Below the pieces are notes generated by a model. That model was not told the origin of the DNA and did no database searches. It saw only the letters and a program-made list of their open reading frames with translations. The position numbers were made by a program, and so were the translations under genes. From a virus (Duplodnaviria > Caudoviricetes), in IMG/VR virus record IMGVR_UViG_3300010397_000011, positions 1 to 57,985 of that record: DNA of 57,985 nucleotides. One strand, 5' to 3'. Positions 55,258 through 57,985 of the stretch are shown here, in pieces (position 1 is the first letter of the stretch; the number at the start of each line of letters is the position of its first letter).

Positions 55258-56998
55258 CGCTCTCGGCCTCCTCGATCGCGGTGATGGGGATGACGTCGAT
55301 CGCCGCGACGCAGGTGTTCGGCGTGGCTTCGACGGCAACGATGAGGCAGACCTCGTGCACGTGGATCGGGCCGAAGTCGATGTTCACCATGACCTGTCGG
55401 CACGGGAGCAGATCACCGATCCACAGCGACTCGATCGGGTCGAACACGAACGCGCCATCCCACGCACGATGCGCGAAGAGACGGAGCACCCGTGCCCGCT
55501 TGATGACGGCCAGCACACCGTCGGCCGCGTCCTGCGTGGCGATGCTCGCCTCGATCGTGGCGAAGATCACCTTCTCCCAGCCGACGTCGGTGTCGGGGTC
55601 GTTCGCGAACGCCTCGTTCACGAGGTCGCCCGAGCCACGCCCGAGGTAAGCGACGATGTCCGCGCGGCGCGGCGTGTCCCACACCCACTGGAACTGGTTG
55701 ACGTTGTGCCCGTACGTCAGCGTCTTCATGTTGCCGGTGTCGAACCCGCGACGCGGGTACGTCGTGAGCACCGCCTGGCCGAGGGCGGGCTCTTCGAGAT
55801 GCCAGTCAACCGACCTGTTCAACTGGCTGATCTCCTGGATCGCGGTGAGGATGTTCGCCCGCTCCGCGTACTTGTACCCACGCGCCAGCGCGACCTCGCC
55901 CGAGGAGTTCGTCGAGTCGACGGTGATGCCCACGTTGGTCTTGCCGATGCTCTCGTCCTGTGCGTGGCGCACGAGCGCGCCGATGATCTCCTCGGGTCCG
56001 CCCGTCGCGTACAGCCGCTCCTCGCGCCTGATGTAGACGTCGTCGTACAGCACCGACTCGGTGACGGGTGAGTGCAGTTGCACGTTCAGCACCGAGGTCT
56101 GCCCGCCAGGGATGTAGACCTTCAGCACGACGCGCTGCCACACGCCGCTGCGCTTCCAGTCGAGTTGCGTGCCGTCGATGAAGACGTTGACGCCGCTCAC
56201 GCTCGCGACGACCTTGATGGCGAGCTCCTCGCCGGGCATGTGCCCGTCAGCAACAGCGGCCGGCAGACGCGCCCACACCTCGATCCACACGAACGTGTCG
56301 AACGGCTGGCTCGGCACGGTGATGTTCTGCTGCATGTAGTTGTCGCCCGTCGACGACGCGACGAGGCTCGCTGCGCCAGGCTTCGCGTGGCCCTCGGTCG
56401 GTGCCCACGTCAGGCCCGCCGACCCGACGACGGTCCACCCGTCGACGTCGGTGTCGAACGCGCCGTTGGTCGCGAGGTTCGGCTGCGCGTTGTTCCGCCC
56501 GACGAACTTGCGGGACAGGTCGTACGCGCGGCCAGCGCCGTCGATGTCGAGCGTGTGCGCGTCAGCGTGCGGTGACGGCACGAAGGTCTTGATGAAGTTC
56601 GTTCCCCGGTAGACAGCGACGAGCCGGTTGTCGATCCAGTTCCCCTGCGCGTCGAAGAACGCGTGCAGCAACGGTGACGTGATCGGCCCCGCGATCGTGC
56701 CGCCACCGAGGCCGTTGCGTTCCCATCGCAGCGACGTGCAGGTGAAGTCGGGAGTCAGCGTCTCGTGTGTCGCGCCCAGCCTGTCGACGACGGTGATGAC
56801 GTACTCGTCGATCTGGAACATCGGCTGAGGGAGGATGCCCTGCACGATGGGACCAGGACCGTCGAACGACGGAGCCGTGTTCGCGCGGAAGTCGAACCCG
56901 AGGTCGACGGGTTGGATGCGCACCGACTGCGGCGTCATCTTCCCGCGCAGTGCGGGCTCGTCGAACCCGATGTCGATGGGCGAGAGGCGAAGGTCCAC
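55250..56998 (-). CDS. Tail hub/Tal-like minor tail protein with inserted carbohydrate-binding module
   Basis: WERNGLGG, NLATNGAFDTDVDGW...YDDV (CBM4/9-like) and LTYGHNV motifs. Confidence 0.72.
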   Translation of the reverse strand: MDLRLSPIDIGFDEPALRGKMTPQSVRIQPVDLGFDFRANTAPSFDGPGPIVQGILPQPMFQIDEYVITVVDRLGATHETLTPDFTCTSLRWERNGLGGGTIAGPITSPLLHAFFDAQGNWIDNRLVAVYRGTNFIKTFVPSPHADAHTLDIDGAGRAYDLSRKFVGRNNAQPNLATNGAFDTDVDGWTVVGSAGLTWAPTEGHAKPGAASLVASSTGDNYMQQNITVPSQPFDTFVWIEVWARLPAAVADGHMPGEELAIKVVASVSGVNVFIDGTQLDWKRSGVWQRVVLKVYIPGGQTSVLNVQLHSPVTESVLYDDVYIRREERLYATGGPEEIIGALVRHAQDESIGKTNVGITVDSTNSSGEVALARGYKYAERANILTAIQEISQLNRSVDWHLEEPALGQAVLTTYPRRGFDTGNMKTLTYGHNVNQFQWVWDTPRRADIVAYLGRGSGDLVNEAFANDPDTDVGWEKVIFATIEASIATQDAADGVLAVIKRARVLRLFAHRAWDGAFVFDPIESLWIGDLLPCRQVMVNIDFGPIHVHEVCLIVAVEATPNTCVAAIDVIPITAIEEAESDE

Positions 56999-57424
56999 CT
57001 ACGTGATGCGCCACCAGCCGTCGGGCGCGGTGACCACGAGGTCTTCGCCCGTCAGCGTGAGGAGCGACCCGAGGTCGTGCCACGTCAGGATGCGGTCGCC
57101 GGCCACGGTGTCATCCCACATGAGCGCGTAGCGCACCGTGTCAGTGAGGCCCGTGATCGTCGGCATCGACGCGGCGAAGACGATGCGGTTCGAGACGATC
57201 GTCAACGTCTTGCTCGTCAACGTCGGCCCGCCCGCGGCGTACGACCCACCTGCGAGTTCGCCCGCGTTCCACGGTGCGACGTTGAACGCGGTGTCGGTGC
57301 TCTTCGTCGGAGTCACGGTGTCGTCGAACCACGCGACCTTGATCGTGTCGGCCAGCGGCGCGACCGCGAGTTGCGTGGCGTCGAGGATGTCGAGCCACGT
57401 CGTCAGTGCCGGGTCGCTGCTCAA
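56999..57424 (-). CDS. Tail-associated structural protein
   Basis: DTIKVA...E..GGSYAAGG.TLT motif. Confidence 0.6.
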   Translation of the reverse strand: MSSDPALTTWLDILDATQLAVAPLADTIKVAWFDDTVTPTKSTDTAFNVAPWNAGELAGGSYAAGGPTLTSKTLTIVSNRIVFAASMPTITGLTDTVRYALMWDDTVAGDRILTWHDLGSLLTLTGEDLVVTAPDGWWRIT

Positions 57425-57624
57425 CGCTCTCCCTTGATGTCGACGGGTGCGAGCGTGACGTGCACCTCGGACTTGCCATCGGGATGCACGTGCCGCTCGG
57501 TCACCGCGTGCTCGCTCTCCGACAGCTTCGTCACGCGTGTCTTACCGCCAGCGATGACGCCGACGGACAACAGGTCCTCGCGGTTCTTCGCCTTGCCGTG
57601 CTCGTCGAACAGAGGCTCGCGCAC
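57421..57624 (-). CDS. Small hypothetical protein
   Basis: 67 aa; leaderless TAGCCT. Confidence 0.5.
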   Translation of the reverse strand: MREPLFDEHGKAKNREDLLSVGVIAGGKTRVTKLSESEHAVTERHVHPDGKSEVHVTLAPVDIKGER

Positions 57625-57633
57625 GGGCGCAGG

Positions 57634-57862
57634 CTAGTAGCGGGTCGGGTCGAGGCAGCGGAACGACGCCTGGATGCGCAGGAGCGCCTTGCCCTCCGCC
57701 GCTTGCGAGTCGTCGACGATCGCCCCACGAGGACGGCCCAGGAAGGTCCACACGCGGCCTGGCAGGGTGATGACGATCGGGATGTCGATCGACGACTTCG
57801 CCCACGCGACCTCGAAGTCATCCCACCTGTCCCACGCCTCCTCGACGGTCGGTGTCGTCGGC
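57634..57862 (-). CDS. Distal tail protein (Dit-like), 3' part
   Basis: Ends ...FLGRPR...ASFRCLDPTRY, resembling actinophage Dit C-termini. Confidence 0.75.
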
Positions 57863-57985
57863 GGGCCGATCGTGATCGGCACGAGCAGCGGGCGCGGCTG
57901 GTAGTGGTCGTTCTGCCCGACATCACCGTCAGCGTGACCACGCTCGACGTCGTTCGCCTTCACGTCGGGAATGCCCAGGCCAGAC
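57863..57985. repeat. Terminal direct repeat, copy 2 (circular assembly overlap)
   Basis: Identical to 1-123. Confidence 0.97.

Noticed and set aside
42-57904. Numerous long plus-strand and alternative-frame ORFs (e.g. 890-2470, 43696-45387, 11440-13293)
   Set aside because: They are shadow ORFs of high-GC coding sequence overlapping well-supported minus-strand genes and have no recognisable motifs
1-57985. Integrase, tRNA genes, reverse transcriptase/DGR, inteins, DNA polymerase
   Set aside because: No recognisable motifs found by eye; a divergent example could have been missed

Overview
This window is an apparently complete, circularly assembled genome of about 57.86 kb from a GC-rich tailed (siphovirus-type) phage; positions 1-123 repeat exactly at 57863-57985, and the distal-tail gene runs across the join. 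Almost all real genes are on the minus strand. The host is very probably an actinobacterium, judged from the LPXTG surface protein, leaderless TANNNT promoters, the hexamer/pentamer two-capsid-protein arrangement, and the MerR and WhiG/FliA-like regulators. Modules present: terminase, a giant portal-MuF-ADP-ribosyltransferase fusion, protease, two capsid proteins, fibre-like proteins, a glycosylation cassette inside the structural operon, tail and tape measure, lysis, and recombination/replication genes (Gam, Sak4, initiator, DnaC-like loader, SF2 helicase). No integrase is recognisable. Two things stand out. First, a DNA-base-replacement operon ParB-DpdA-DUF3050-FolE-orf-LOG, in which the usual QueD/QueE/QueC enzymes are replaced by a heme-oxygenase-like diiron protein and a LOG-family nucleosidase, which suggests a non-deazaguanine guanine analogue (8-azaguanine is one hypothesis). 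Second, a ~450-nt structured leader RNA starting with a boxA-like element, whose core two-hairpin motif recurs with compensatory changes in three downstream intergenic spacers. All protein calls come from motif recognition by eye; no database searches were run.
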